Made by a program: the position numbers and the translations under genes. Below the pieces are notes generated by a model. The model was not told the DNA's origin, searched no databases, and saw only the letters and a program-made list of their open reading frames with translations. Positions 31,336 through 42,459 of a stretch of 64,000 nucleotides of DNA are shown piece by piece (positions within the stretch are counted from its first letter, which is position 1; each line of letters starts with the position of its first letter). The stretch comes from an uncultured Chloroflexia bacterium (lineage in GTDB: Bacteria > Chloroflexota > Limnocylindria > QHBO01): assembly GCA_963814375.1 (NCBI GenBank), contig CAWFCQ010000008.1:64001-128000 (forward strand), given 5' to 3'.

Positions 31336-34300
31336 TTATCGGCCATGTCGCGACGCGCCACGGCTCCGCTGTCGACGGGCGATGGTCACGCCGGTGGCAC
31401 CGATCGTGATCATGGCCGTGAGCAGCACCGCAACCCACAGGATTGGCGGATCGCCGGACGGTGAAGACCCTTGTGCCCCGCTCTCAGCGGCGGTATCCGG
31501 TAGGGCGCCACCAGCACCGCCACCAGCACCGCCACCGGCAGCGCCACCGCCCGTGATGAATTCGATGGTCTCCGGGTCGTTGTCGCAGCCTGGCGGTGCC
31601 GGCTCAGCCGACAGGATCACGGCCGTGACCACGTCCCCGGCAGGCAGGGTCGCGCATGCGGTCATGGTGTTCACATGCGGCGGGAACACCTGTTCGGGAT
31701 CGCCGTTCGGGGCTACGTCACTCGCGACGAAGAAGGTCTCCTCGAACATGCACGAGCTGCCCGGCGGGAGGACCGTGCCCACTTGGCAGTCGGCATTGCC
31801 GGAGAGCGCGCCAAAGACGTCGTCCTCCAGCGAAGTGATCTCGACCGGCACCTCCGACGTGTTGGTCACCGTGAACGTGAAGGTCACGTCCTGACCCGCG
31901 GGCGGGATGAGCTGATCGTCCGCGACCTTGACGACCTCAAGGCTGATGAACACGTTCACGATCGTGCACGTGAGATCTTCAGCCGGTCCCACAGTGACGG
32001 ACCCGTCAGGCGCGCAGTCGCCGCCCCAAGCTTCCGCCTCATATCCGGGGATATCGAAGATCTCCGAGGCCACATGGTCGCCGGGTGTCACCTCGTTTGT
32101 CACCCCCCATTCGACGTCGACGCCATCGATCTGTGGCTGGAAGTCGTCCGCGGTAGCGGTGCCGCCGACGACCGTCTTCAGCAGGGTCAGTGTCGGTGCG
32201 ATGTCGTCGTTGGTGATCGAGCAGGTCACCGGCTCGTCGCCGGCGGCGACGGTCACCGAGCCGGCGTCGAAGGCGCCGCCGTCACCGTTGCTGCAGGTCC
32301 AGGCGCTGGGCTCGTAGCCGAGGACGGCCAGCTCGGCCAGGGTGTAGGTGCCGGGCGCGACCTCCAGCGTGGCGGCGGTGTAGGTGAAGGTGTCGGTCGG
32401 GTCCTCGACCGCGGCGCCGAAGGTGAGCGCGCCGGCGCTGGTGGTGATGCCGAAGTCGTCGACCACCGCCGTGCCGCCGTCGTCGTTGACGACGACCTTC
32501 TCGATGATCAGCTCGATGGGCTGGTCGTCGTTGGTGATCGAGCAGGTCACCGGCTCGTCGCCGGCGGCGACGGTCACCGAGCCGGCGTCGAAGGCGCCGC
32601 CGTCACCGTTGCTGCAGGTCCAGGCGCTGGGCTCGTAGCCGAGGACGGCCAGCTCGGCCAGGGTGTAGGTGCCGGGCGCGACCTCCAGCGTGGCGGCGGT
32701 GTAGGTGAAGGTGTCGGTCGGGTCCTCGACCGCGGCGCCGAAGGTGAGCGCGCCGGCGCTGGTGGTGATGCCGAAGTCGTCGACCACCGCCGTGCCGCCG
32801 TCGTCGTTGACGACGACCTTCTCGATGATCAGCTCGATGGGCTGGTCGTCGTTGGTGATCGAGCAGGTCACCGGCTCGTCGCCGGCGGCGACGGTCACCG
32901 AGCCGGCGTCGAAGGCGCCGCCGTCACCGTTGCTGCAGGTCCAGGCGCTGGGCTCGTAGCCGAGGACGGCCAGCTCGGCCAGGGTGTAGGTGCCGGGCGC
33001 GACCTCCAGCGTGGCGGCGGTGTAGGTGAAGGTGTCGGTCGGGTCCTCGACCGCGGCGCCGAAGGTGAGCGCGCCGGCGCTGGTGGTGATGCCGAAGTCG
33101 TCGACCACCGCCGTGCCGCCGTCGTCGTTGACGACGACCTTCTCGATGATCAGCTCGATCGGCTGGTCGTGTTGGTGATCGAGCAGGTCACCGGTCGTCG
33201 CCGGCGTCGATGGTGACCGAGATCGACGTCACCGGCGTCGAAGCCGTCGCCGCCGCCGTTGCTGCACGTCCAGGCGGCACGATGCGGCCGATGACTGGCT
33301 CGCGGCGCCGGTGCAGGCGATGCCGTGAGCGTCCAGCCGGCAGGCACGTTCTCAGTCACGATCTTCCCGTCGAACTGGCCTGGGCCGAAGGTGATGGGGT
33401 TGCCCGCGAGGGCCGGCGCCCCCGTGGTGGTGATGCCGAAGTCGTCGACACCGCCGTGCCGCCGTCGTCGTTGACGACGGTCTTCTCGATGATGAGCTCG
33501 ACCAGTTGGGTGTTCGTGTAGGTGCAGGTCGAGCCGCGTCACCGGGCAGCAGGGCGATGCTGGCCAAGCCGGTGGCGAGGGTGGTCGTGCCCTTCGAGCA
33601 GACCAGGCTGGCGAGCGGTCCAGCCGAGGACCGGCGAGGTCTCCTGGATGGTCGTGTTGGTGCCGGTCGCGTCGGCGCCGGTGAAGGTGAAGGTGACGGT
33701 GTTCGCTGTGCCCGAGGCGGCGTCGTCGTCGAGGCAGAAGGTGCCGCGCCTGGAAGAGCGTCCCGCCGCCGGTGCCGGTCGTCGCGTAGGTGAAGAACTG
33801 GGCGGCATCGGGCACGGCGTCCTTGGTGACCGAGACGTGGCATCCGCGGTGTTGGTGAACGTGCAGGTCGGGGCATCCCCGCCCGTGATGACCGCGCGCA
33901 CGGTGGTGTCGCCCGGATCGAAGCCGAGGGTGGCGCCCGGGGCGAAGGTGGCGCCGATGCCGGTGCCGATGGTGATCTCGGCGCCGACGGCGGAGCACAC
34001 GATGTTCGTGAGCGTCCAGCCGGCCTCAGGCAGCTCCTGGACGTCCTTGGTCCCGAGCTGGAGGCCGCTGAAGGGGAAGGGCGCGCTGGTCGTGGGGTTG
34101 GCGACCGCGGTGTTGCGGGTGAAGGGCGCGAGGCCCGTGCCATCGACCGCGTAGTCGAAGGTCGCCGTGCCGCCCACGGTCGTCTTCTCGATGTCGAGCG
34201 AGGCGTTCTGGGTGTTGGTGTAGGTGCAGGTCACCGCGTCACCGGGCAGCAGGGCGATGCTGGCGAGGCCGGTGGCCGGATTGGTCGTGCCCTTCGAGCA

Positions 34301-37300
34301 GACCAGGCTGGTGAGGGTCCAACCGGGGACCGGCAGGATCTCCCGGATCGTCTTGGGGCCGGTCGCGTCGGCGCCCGTGAAGGTGAAGGTGCAAGGTGTT
34401 CGCGGTGCCCGAGGCGGGATCGTCGTCGAGGAAGAAGCTCCCGCCCTGGAAGAGGGTCCCGCCGCCGGTGCCGGTCGTTGCGAACTGGAAGAGCTGGTCT
34501 GCGTTGGGCACGGCGTCCTTGGTGACCGTGATGGTGGCATCCGCGGTGTTGGTGAACGTGCAGGTCGGGGCATCCCCGCCCGTGATGACCGCGCGCACGG
34601 TGGTGTCGCCCGGATCGAAGCCGAGGGTGGCGCCCGGGGCGAAGGTGGCGCCGATGCCGGTGCCGATGGTGATCTCGGCGCCGACGGCGGAGCACACGAT
34701 GTTCGTGAGCGTCCAGCCGGCCTCAGGCAGCTCCTGGACGTCCTTGGTCCCGAGCTGGAGGCCGCTGAAGGGGAAGGGCGCGCTGGTCGTGGGGTTGGCG
34801 ACCGCGGTGTTGCGGGTGAAGGGCGCGAGGCCCGTGCCATCGACCGCGTAGTCGAAGGTCGCCGTGCCGCCCACGGTCGTCTTCTCGATGTCGAGCGAGG
34901 CGTTCTGGGTGTTGGTGTAGGTGCAGGAGACGTTGTTGCCCGCCTCGATGGCCACGCTCACGGTGGTGTCACCCGGATCGAAGCCGTCGCTGCCACCGGT
35001 CTGGAAGACGCCGCTCACAAAGCGGCCGATGATCAGGCCGGCGGGGTTGCCGGTGCAGACGATGTTCGTGAGCGTCCAGCCGGGCTCGGGCGTCTCGGTG
35101 ACCATCTTGGTGCCGAACTGGGTGGCGGTGAAGGCGAAGGGCGCACTGGTCGTGGGGTTGGCGACCGCGGTGTTGCGGGTGAAGGCGGTCGGGACGTTCA
35201 GGCCGGAGCCGGTGAAGTCAAAGGTCGCGGTGCCGCCGCCCACGCTCTGCTTCTCGATGTCGAGCGAGGCGTTCTGAGTGTTGGTGAACGTGCAGGTCGG
35301 GGCGTCATCGTCCCCGAGGTCAGCCCGCACGGTGGTGTCGCCGGGTTGAAGTCGGCAGCCGCCCGGCGAGGCGAAGCCTAAGCCGATGCCGGTGCCGATG
35401 GTGATCTCGGCGCCGTTGGCGGTGCACACGATGTTCGTGAGCGTCCAGCCGGGCTCCGGCGACTCCTGGACGTACTTGACTCCGAACTGGGGGGCGGTGA
35501 ATTCGAAGGGCGCGCTGGTCGTGGGGTTGGCGACCGCGGTGTTGCGGGTGAAGGGCGTGAGGCCCGTGCCGTTGACCGTGTAGTCGAAGGTCGCGGTGCC
35601 GCCCACGCTCGTCTTCTCGATGTCGAGCGAGGCCGAGCAGAGGGCGAGCGCGAGCGCGCGGAGGGCGTCACCGAGCTCGTCGGCCGTCCCGACGAGGTAG
35701 TCGTTTGCGAGGACGTTGGCTTGGTTCGTCACCGGGCCCGCGACGCCCCAGAAGTTCTCCTGCGAGATCGTGCCGGCCCTACCGGCCCCGATCGCGAAGA
35801 CGCGCGACTCAGGCTGCGGGCCAGCGCCGTCACCGCTCTTCAGCCGGTTGGCCGACGTCACGGCCTCCGTGTAGTCGTCCCAGTTGACCTCGCCGGTGCT
35901 TGTGGCGCCGCCCGGCAGGTTGTTGGCGGTCGGGTTGCCGTCCGTGATGAAGACCACGAGGTGCGGGTTCGGGTCAAACGATGTTGCCGAGAGCTGCAGC
36001 CCGCCATCCCAGTTCGTGCCGCCGCCCAGGTTGTCGTAGATGGCTGCGATCACAGTGTCGAGGGTGCCGTTGCTGGCCTGGACGTTCTGGTAGGGGGAGC
36101 CCAGGGGCGAGGCCGCCGACGCCGTAGCCGCGAACGACACGATGCCGATCTCGGTGTTGGTGCCCACGAGGTCATTGACGAAGGCGAGCGCCGCCGTCTC
36201 GTAGTTGGCGGACCCGTTGTCGTTGATGGAACCCGACCGGTCGAGCACGAGCACGACGCGGAGGAGGTCCGCACACTGCAGGGCAGGGAGCGGCGGGTTC
36301 ACCCGGCTGTTGGCGAACCAGTCAGTCACCTTATGGCTGTTCAGGCCGTTGTTGGCGTTGCCGTCGACGACGAGAGGATAACCATCGAAATTGGGGCTCC
36401 GGTCGGCCGCGGGATCACCGTAGCGGTGGGCCGCGTACGGCAGCGGGGGGTTGTCGATGATGAACGAGCCGGGGGCCCAAGTAGTGATGGTGTTGAAGGC
36501 GGGATTCGAGACGGAAATCTCCTGGACCCAGTAGCCGCCAGCCGCGAGGTTCACGAACACGCATTGCCCGGCCGCCGCGCCCCCGGCGCCAGTCACGCAG
36601 CTGGTGACGAACACGTCACCGGTGCCCGGCTCGAACTCGCCGTCGCCGTCGTCTCTCCAGAGGCCCATCGTCGCGCCGTTCAGTGGCTGGTTGGTGCCAT
36701 CGGCTGCGCGATCCCCCCACTTGCGCGCCGTGATCGTGCTCAGGGCGTTGGCCCGCGGATCGGAGAGGCGGAAGTGGGCGACGCTGCAGACTGCCCAACC
36801 GGGGTCAGTCACGCCTTCCGCCGTCGTCTCGTTGAGGCGTGCGGCGATCGAGTTGTCCTCCTCCCCGAACAACGTGGCGCCAACCGAATCGCACTCGAAG
36901 CCCGTCAGCTCCCATCCAGGCGGTGGCTCGCCGGTGTCGTCTCCCGGCTCGGTGGGGCCGGGTGGCACCGTGACGAGAGGTCCGACCTCGATGACACGGT
37001 AGTGGCGGTCGGGATCGAGTTGGTCCCACGTGAAGGATTCTCCGTGGCTCAGAGTCACAGGCTGCGGATTGGTGATGGTGGGACCGAACTCCTCCGGATT
37101 CACCCACAGGCGCGTTGGCTGCGGCGTGCACGCCGTGGTGCTTCCGGTCTCGCTGCATTCCTCGAGGAAGAAGTTGAATTCAGCGGCGGGATCGACACTG
37201 GCGCTGACCGTGACCGTGAACGTCCAGGGGTCCCGGGGGACACCTAGCCCGCCCGGGTCATCGATGGTGCCGTCGGCGCGGAGGTCCTCGTCGCCGGCCC

Positions 37301-38009
37301 CGCCGTCGACGAGTGTCACCGTGACCTCGTCCGTGGCGTGGTCGGCGTCGGCGCGGGCTGTCAGGTCCGACCAGCGCCCGTTCTGGAGGACCCAGAACTC
37401 GGTATCGACTTCATGCCTGATCGTGCCATCCGGGAGATGGAACGTGACGGCGGCTGCATCGCCTGGCTCCGCGACCACGACTTCGTATTCGAACAGGCCG
37501 GCGGGGAAGAAGATGCCGGGTGGCGGCGGGGGATCCGTGGGGACCGATACGGCGCGGACGTTCTGGAGGATCGTCCCTGGCGGCGACTCGACGGTCACCA
37601 GGTCGTCGAACGCACCGTTACGGTCGATGTCGGCGGCAGCGACCAATGTGACACGGTTGCGTTCAGTGCTCGCGCGCGAGTCTGCTGGTGCAGATGCCGA
37701 TGTCCCGGGCGCCGGCGATGCCAATTCATCGGCACTCGACGATGGCGGCGCGGATTCGACTGGTGGGCTCGCCTCGGGCAATAGAGCCGGGTCCGAGCTG
37801 GGTTCAGCCGACGAGCTCGCCTCGGGCGACGCCGACGGCTCGGGTTCGGGCTCTACGGACGGCTCGCCCTCCTGCTGCGATCCCGGAGCAGGCGGATCTT
37901 GGGCGATGACCGGGGCAGGGACCGTGATGACGCTGGCCAGCAGCAGTGCGGCCTGCAGCAGAACGATGCCCCTGAAGGAGGCTCGCACGCGGTGAGGAGG
38001 CTGCGTCAC
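31336..38009 (-). CDS. Giant cell-surface adhesin with VWA domain, repeated SpaA/CnaB-like modules and LPDTA-TM tail (frameshifts at about 33160-34400)
   Basis: Signal peptide after GTG 38009, VLDRSGS MIDAS, repeated IEK...C..TN modules, LPDTA + TM + basic tail. Confidence 0.8.
32203..33159. repeat. Three apparently identical 321-bp tandem repeats (107 aa)
   Basis: Units start at 32203, 32524 and 32845; degenerate fourth from about 33166. Confidence 0.95.
33506..34927. repeat. Tandem duplication with ~697-bp period
   Basis: 33837-34230 matches 34534-34927; the rest of the unit is similar with indels. Confidence 0.85.
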
Positions 38010-38061
38010 TCGTATCCCTCGAGTCGGACGCTCGGGACCGAAGGGTGGCACATCGATCGTG

Positions 38062-38097
38062 GGAATACAATGCGTATGCTGGAATACATTGCGGATG
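38062..38097. promoter_or_regulatory. 17-bp direct repeat pair upstream of the adhesin
   Basis: GGAATACAATGCGTATG and GGAATACATTGCGGATG, 19-bp period. Confidence 0.45.
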
Positions 38098-38132
38098 GGC
38101 AGGCCTGACCACGCGGATCCACTTTTCATAAG

Positions 38133-38152
38133 GAATCCGGTATGCGGTTCCA
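38133..38152 (+). repeat. Third att-like copy of the tRNA-Glu 3' end
   Basis: GAATCCGGTATGCGGTTCCA, 19/20 match. Confidence 0.85.
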
Positions 38153-38317
38153 GGTTCTCCGTCGTCCCGATTCGGAGGGTGCATAGGGCTCCAACCGTGG
38201 ACGCGCAATCCGCCTTACCTCAAGGCGGTGGTCGGTCCGGGTCGGCCGCGCGCAGTCGGTACAGGTCAGGCGCGGGCGAAGGTCGTCGTCACGGTCACAT
38301 GACCGCGAGACTGCTGG

Positions 38318-38785
38318 CTACGGGTCCGGTGCTGTGAGGAGCCAGAGCGCAAGCGCGACCTCGGCGACACCGCCGAAGAGGACGACCGCGAGCGTGGCCC
38401 AGGTCGGGACCCCGGGCACGATGGCGATCAGCCACGCCAGCCCTGCGAGAGCAATGAGCACGCCAAGGGCGACCGGCGCGAACGTCGACTGCGCGATGAG
38501 GTATCCCAGCACCAAGAGGTAGGCCGCGAACGGGAGCAGCGCGAGACGAAGCATTCCGGCGTCGGCCCGCACTTGCCCGACACCCTGGATCGCGTAATGG
38601 ATGAACGCCAGCGGCAGCAGCGCCAGGGCAATCTGCGGGTCGGCAGGCGCGAACAGCCGATACAGCAACACCGCGAGCACAAAGCCGGTGGCACTCCCGA
38701 CGAGCTGAAGCGGCAGGTTCCGGAGCGTCATGCCTGCCAGCGAAAGCAGCAGGAACGCAACGTACACGAGGCCAACGATCCTCAC
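38318..38785 (-). CDS. Small multi-TM membrane protein (DUF4386-like)
   Basis: AVLLYRLF, GYLIAQSTFAP..LG, EVALALWLL. Confidence 0.6.
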   Translation of the reverse strand: MRIVGLVYVAFLLLSLAGMTLRNLPLQLVGSATGFVLAVLLYRLFAPADPQIALALLPLAFIHYAIQGVGQVRADAGMLRLALLPFAAYLLVLGYLIAQSTFAPVALGVLIALAGLAWLIAIVPGVPTWATLAVVLFGGVAEVALALWLLTAPDP

Positions 38786-38892
38786 GGCTCCACCAGCTGA
38801 ACGAGCTCGCGCACTCCGTCACCCTACCGTCCGGCTGTGGGTGCCGCACCTGAGTCCGAGCTGACCGTCGGTGGACGGCCCGTCCAGCGTGG

Positions 38893-39378
38893 CTACCGGG
38901 GCTCTCGTTTCTTCCCCCCGAAACCCGGGATAGCGGTGGCCTGTTTCATCCACGACGCGAGTTGGCGTTCGTCGATGTCGTCCACTGATTCGAGGTCCAC
39001 GCCTCGAGAGTCCTTGCCCATCCCGATCGGCGCCACCGGCGGTACGGGCGTGAGTGCCGTGCCGCGCCCGAACGTGAGCTTGACGTGGCCGGCGAAGCCG
39101 CCGCACGAGAAGCACCAGCCGTCGCCGACGCCATACCACGCCATGCCCCACTTCACAGAGCGATGCAGGGCTGGCAGCGTCTTGGCCGCCAGGGCATCGA
39201 CGCGTTCGGCGATGGAGCGTTGCGGCTGCGGCAAGCTGCTGATGTAGGCAAAGACCGGCTTGTCGCCGACCGCGGCCTTCGCGGGGCTTGCCCTGCCAGT
39301 CATGGCGGCTGGCAGCGTCGTGAGGACGTTGCCTTGCGCGGCCGGGCGCTCTGGCTGCTTTCCGTTGTCAGCCGACAT
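38893..39378 (-). CDS. DUF1801 (YdhG-like) protein
   Basis: VFAYISSLPQPQR, VKWGMAWYG, HVKLTFGRG. Confidence 0.85.
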   Translation of the reverse strand: MSADNGKQPERPAAQGNVLTTLPAAMTGRASPAKAAVGDKPVFAYISSLPQPQRSIAERVDALAAKTLPALHRSVKWGMAWYGVGDGWCFSCGGFAGHVKLTFGRGTALTPVPPVAPIGMGKDSRGVDLESVDDIDERQLASWMKQATAIPGFGGKKREPR

Positions 39379-39526
39379 CACACACTCCTCACGAACAGCT
39401 CGACACAACGATCTGTCGCACGCGGTACACCTCCGATCGGTCTCGATGCTCGAATTGACTCATCGAGCCGCCGAAACTCATCGTGCGAAGTGCCCCATCG
39501 GATCCATGCCGCAGGCTCGCGGCGTC

Positions 39527-40303
39527 TCAGGCGGCCGACTGGAGCGTGATGGTCCAGGTTCGATTCCGTCCGATGGGCGGATCGACCTCGAGAGACCAGC
39601 GTGTGGCCAGAAGGTCGGCGATGTCGAGGGGATCCTCCGGTACCGCCACCGACGAGAGGAGGTGGCTTGCTGCCTCGCCGCGAATGCGTTTCGCGATAAC
39701 GTCGCCGATGCGAGCCGGGCCTCCCGGCCGCGGTCTGATCCGCAACCTCGCGCTCTGGTCATCGAGACCGGTGGGGCGACCGACTGCCTGGTAGGCCGGC
39801 GAGCGCAGATCGACGACCGGCCCGCGCCTCTCGGCCGCATCGGCGAGGATGGGAGGCAGGAGGGTGCGCCAGCCCGGCTCCAAGCGGTCCATGCCGGCCA
39901 GCCGCGCGCAGACGTGGAGGCGGTACGGCGGGATGCGATCCGCGGGGCGCACCGCGCCCCACAGCGCTGACACGATGACCAGTTGCCTTGCGGCACGTTT
40001 CTCAGCGTCGGCCGACCATGATCCGACGTCGAGTCCCTCGTAGAGCGGCCCGGCATACGTGTCGACGGCACGCCTCGTCGGGAGGTCGCGCAGGTACTCG
40101 TTGCGTGCGACCTCGCCGGCGAGCGACGGCCCGACCATCAGGCGCCGAAGCGCATCGGGGCGTTGGCTGGTCGCGACGAGCGCGTCCATGACGCGCTCGC
40201 GCATCGCGGACAGTGACGGGAATGACAGCTGGCCGAGATCGAGTGGCGACCCGCCCTCAGGTGGCGGCAGCTTCGTCTCCGACGGCGGGAGGACGATCAG
40301 CAC
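39527..40303 (-). CDS. yaaA: Peroxide stress protein YaaA (DUF328)
   Basis: MLIVLPPSETK, YAGPLYEGL, SALWG...IPPYRL, DLRS..Y, KRIRG. Confidence 0.8.
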   Translation of the reverse strand: MLIVLPPSETKLPPPEGGSPLDLGQLSFPSLSAMRERVMDALVATSQRPDALRRLMVGPSLAGEVARNEYLRDLPTRRAVDTYAGPLYEGLDVGSWSADAEKRAARQLVIVSALWGAVRPADRIPPYRLHVCARLAGMDRLEPGWRTLLPPILADAAERRGPVVDLRSPAYQAVGRPTGLDDQSARLRIRPRPGGPARIGDVIAKRIRGEAASHLLSSVAVPEDPLDIADLLATRWSLEVDPPIGRNRTWTITLQSAA

Positions 40304-40319
40304 GACCGCATCCTAGGGG

Positions 40320-41819
40320 CTACGTCGCAGTGGGTGGTCCAAACCACGCGGTGAGCGCATCTGCCAGGCCCGCCTGCGTTCCGTCTCCCACCCAGGCCAC
40401 ATATCCATCCGGCCGAATCACCACGGCGGTGGGGGCAGCGACCGCCCCGAGTGCCGGAAGCTCCCACGTACCGTGATATGTGGCGTCGATTGACTGAACG
40501 CGATCCGCCCATGGAGTGATGTCGAGGTCTCCGGGCTCACCGAGGTTGAGCAGCGCGGGCCGGGCCTGGTGCAGCAGGGTGAAGACCCGTAGCGGGCCGT
40601 CGGCGGTGACCAGGTCGAGGTCGGGCATGCGGCGTCCGAGGAGCGGGTGACCCTCGCCGAGGTCGTATCGGATGTCGAGACCGGACATTCTCGCGGCGAA
40701 TCGCTTGCGCGGCTCGTCCATGCTCAGTAGCTCGGACACGGAGTCGCGCAACGCCTCGATGCGATCATCGGCACGCATCAGCGCGACCTGTGCCATCGTG
40801 TCGCGCAGCACGCGGGCGGCGACCGGGTGGCGCTCCGCTTCGTAGCTGTCCAGCAGGCTGTCCGATGAGATGCCGTTCACGACCTGGCCCAGCTTCCACC
40901 CCAGGTTCACCGCATCCTGCACACCGATGTTGAGGCCCTGCCCACCGACCGGGGAGTGCACGTGCGCCGCGTCGCCGGCCAGCAGGACCCGGCCCTCTCG
41001 GTAGGCCGCGGCCTGCCGCGTCATGTCGGTGAACCTGGAGACGAAGGTGGGACTGTGGACCCCGTAGTCGGTCCCGTAGACCGCGATGAGCCGCTCGCGG
41101 AGATCGTCGAGGGTCGGTTCGGCCGCCGCGCCGACGTGTTCCTCGGTCAGCATCACCCCCACCCGTCCGCCCTCCTGATAGACGATCTGACCTTCGCGAA
41201 CCTCGTACTCGACCTTGCCCAGTGCATGGGTGCCGCTGGCGTCGCGGCGAATGCCCAGCTCCGGCTCATCCGCCATTTCGACCTGGGCGATCATGCTGCT
41301 CGTCGTCGCGTCCCAGCCGGGGAAGTCGATGCCGGCGGCCTTCCGGATCAGGCTGCGTCCTCCGTCACACCCGACCAGATACTCGGCCCGCAGCGACCGG
41401 CTGTCGGACAGCTCAACGTCGACTCCGGTGTCGTCCTGCGCGAAGCCGATGACCTCGATGCCGTAATGGATCGGGACCCCAAGCTCGCCGACCCAGCCGG
41501 CCAGGATGCGCTCGATGTGGTTCTGCCACAGCCCAAGCCCGTAGGGGTGCCTGGTGGGAAAGTCGCTGATGTCCAGACGGACGCTGGCGAAGCCCGCGAC
41601 CTGAGCCACCTGCCCCTCCGCGAGGAACCGATCCGCGATGCCACGTTGATCGAGCACCTCAATGGTGCGTGACTGCAGGCCGCCCGCGCGCGATCCGGCG
41701 AGCTCCTGGTTCGGGCGCCGCTCGACGATCGCGACATCGACGCCCGCCAACGCCAACTCGCCCGCCAGCATCAGCCCCGTCGGCCCTCCACCGACGATCA
41801 CCACCGCGTGCTCGATCAA
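40320..41819 (-). CDS. FAD-dependent aromatic monooxygenase
   Basis: GGGPTG, GCDGGRS, LAGDAAHVHSPVGGQGLN, RPDGYVAW; GGAGGT RBS before TTG. Confidence 0.92.
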   Translation of the reverse strand: MIEHAVVIVGGGPTGLMLAGELALAGVDVAIVERRPNQELAGSRAGGLQSRTIEVLDQRGIADRFLAEGQVAQVAGFASVRLDISDFPTRHPYGLGLWQNHIERILAGWVGELGVPIHYGIEVIGFAQDDTGVDVELSDSRSLRAEYLVGCDGGRSLIRKAAGIDFPGWDATTSSMIAQVEMADEPELGIRRDASGTHALGKVEYEVREGQIVYQEGGRVGVMLTEEHVGAAAEPTLDDLRERLIAVYGTDYGVHSPTFVSRFTDMTRQAAAYREGRVLLAGDAAHVHSPVGGQGLNIGVQDAVNLGWKLGQVVNGISSDSLLDSYEAERHPVAARVLRDTMAQVALMRADDRIEALRDSVSELLSMDEPRKRFAARMSGLDIRYDLGEGHPLLGRRMPDLDLVTADGPLRVFTLLHQARPALLNLGEPGDLDITPWADRVQSIDATYHGTWELPALGAVAAPTAVVIRPDGYVAWVGDGTQAGLADALTAWFGPPTAT

Positions 41820-41855
41820 CCCACCTCCAGTCGGTATCACCGGGGCGGCGATGAA

Positions 41856-42371
41856 TCAGAACCGCCAGCGGGTCTGGCTGAACGTTTCCCCCTTGGCGAA
41901 CCCGAAGGCCTTGCGCGCCCGCACGTCGTATACGAGGACGGCGCCAATAGCGCCCGGCGCCGTGAACTTGCCGTCGACGAGGCGGAAGCCGAACCAGTCG
42001 TCGTACTTGTGCCGCCATGCGTCGACCAGGCGGCCGAGGCGATCGGGATCGGTCACATCAACCGCGTCGCCCTCGAGGATCACGTCCATGCCGTCCCAGC
42101 CCGAATTGCCTGCGGTGACGATGACGTGGTCGTTGCCCGCCTCCAGGTTGTGCGCCTTCTGCTCGCCGCTGCTGGTCGTGAACGAGAAGACCTCGTCTAC
42201 CCAGACGCCGCCGATCGTCGTCTGGTGCGGCCGCCCGTCAGGCCGGACGGTGGTTAGCTGGTAGGTCTTCGCGCCGCGCAGCTGATCAAGGGCGGTCGCC
42301 CAGTCCGTCGGCGTCGCGTCCTCGCTGCTGAATCGCGGGTCGAGGGTGGTCTCGGTGGTCATGGTCGGCAT
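41856..42371 (-). CDS. Pyridoxamine 5'-phosphate oxidase-like split-barrel protein
   Basis: LTTVRPDGRPH, QKAHNL, DVILEGDA. Confidence 0.85.
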   Translation of the reverse strand: MPTMTTETTLDPRFSSEDATPTDWATALDQLRGAKTYQLTTVRPDGRPHQTTIGGVWVDEVFSFTTSSGEQKAHNLEAGNDHVIVTAGNSGWDGMDVILEGDAVDVTDPDRLGRLVDAWRHKYDDWFGFRLVDGKFTAPGAIGAVLVYDVRARKAFGFAKGETFSQTRWRF

Positions 42372-42459
42372 CGGTCTTTCCTCAGGCGTGCGTCGAGGGC
42401 GTGCATCCAGGGCCCGCAAGTTGTCGGCCAGAAGAGGTGCGGCGTGGCGACGACTGAAC

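Larger units (their letters stand above)
26003..38152. mobile_element. Tandem tRNA-Glu-anchored islets (26003-28587 and 28588-38152); no integrase seen
   Basis: tRNA 3' 20-mer GAATCCGGTATGCGGTACCA repeated at 28568-28587 (20/20) and 38133-38152 (19/20). Confidence 0.7.

Noticed and set aside
32203-33159. Tandem repeats as a CRISPR array or DGR template
   Set aside because: 321-bp in-frame coding units with no spacers, no cas or reverse transcriptase genes and no adenine-specific variation
40320-41819. Rifampin monooxygenase (rox) call
   Set aside because: Same broad family, but no specific evidence for substrate; left generic
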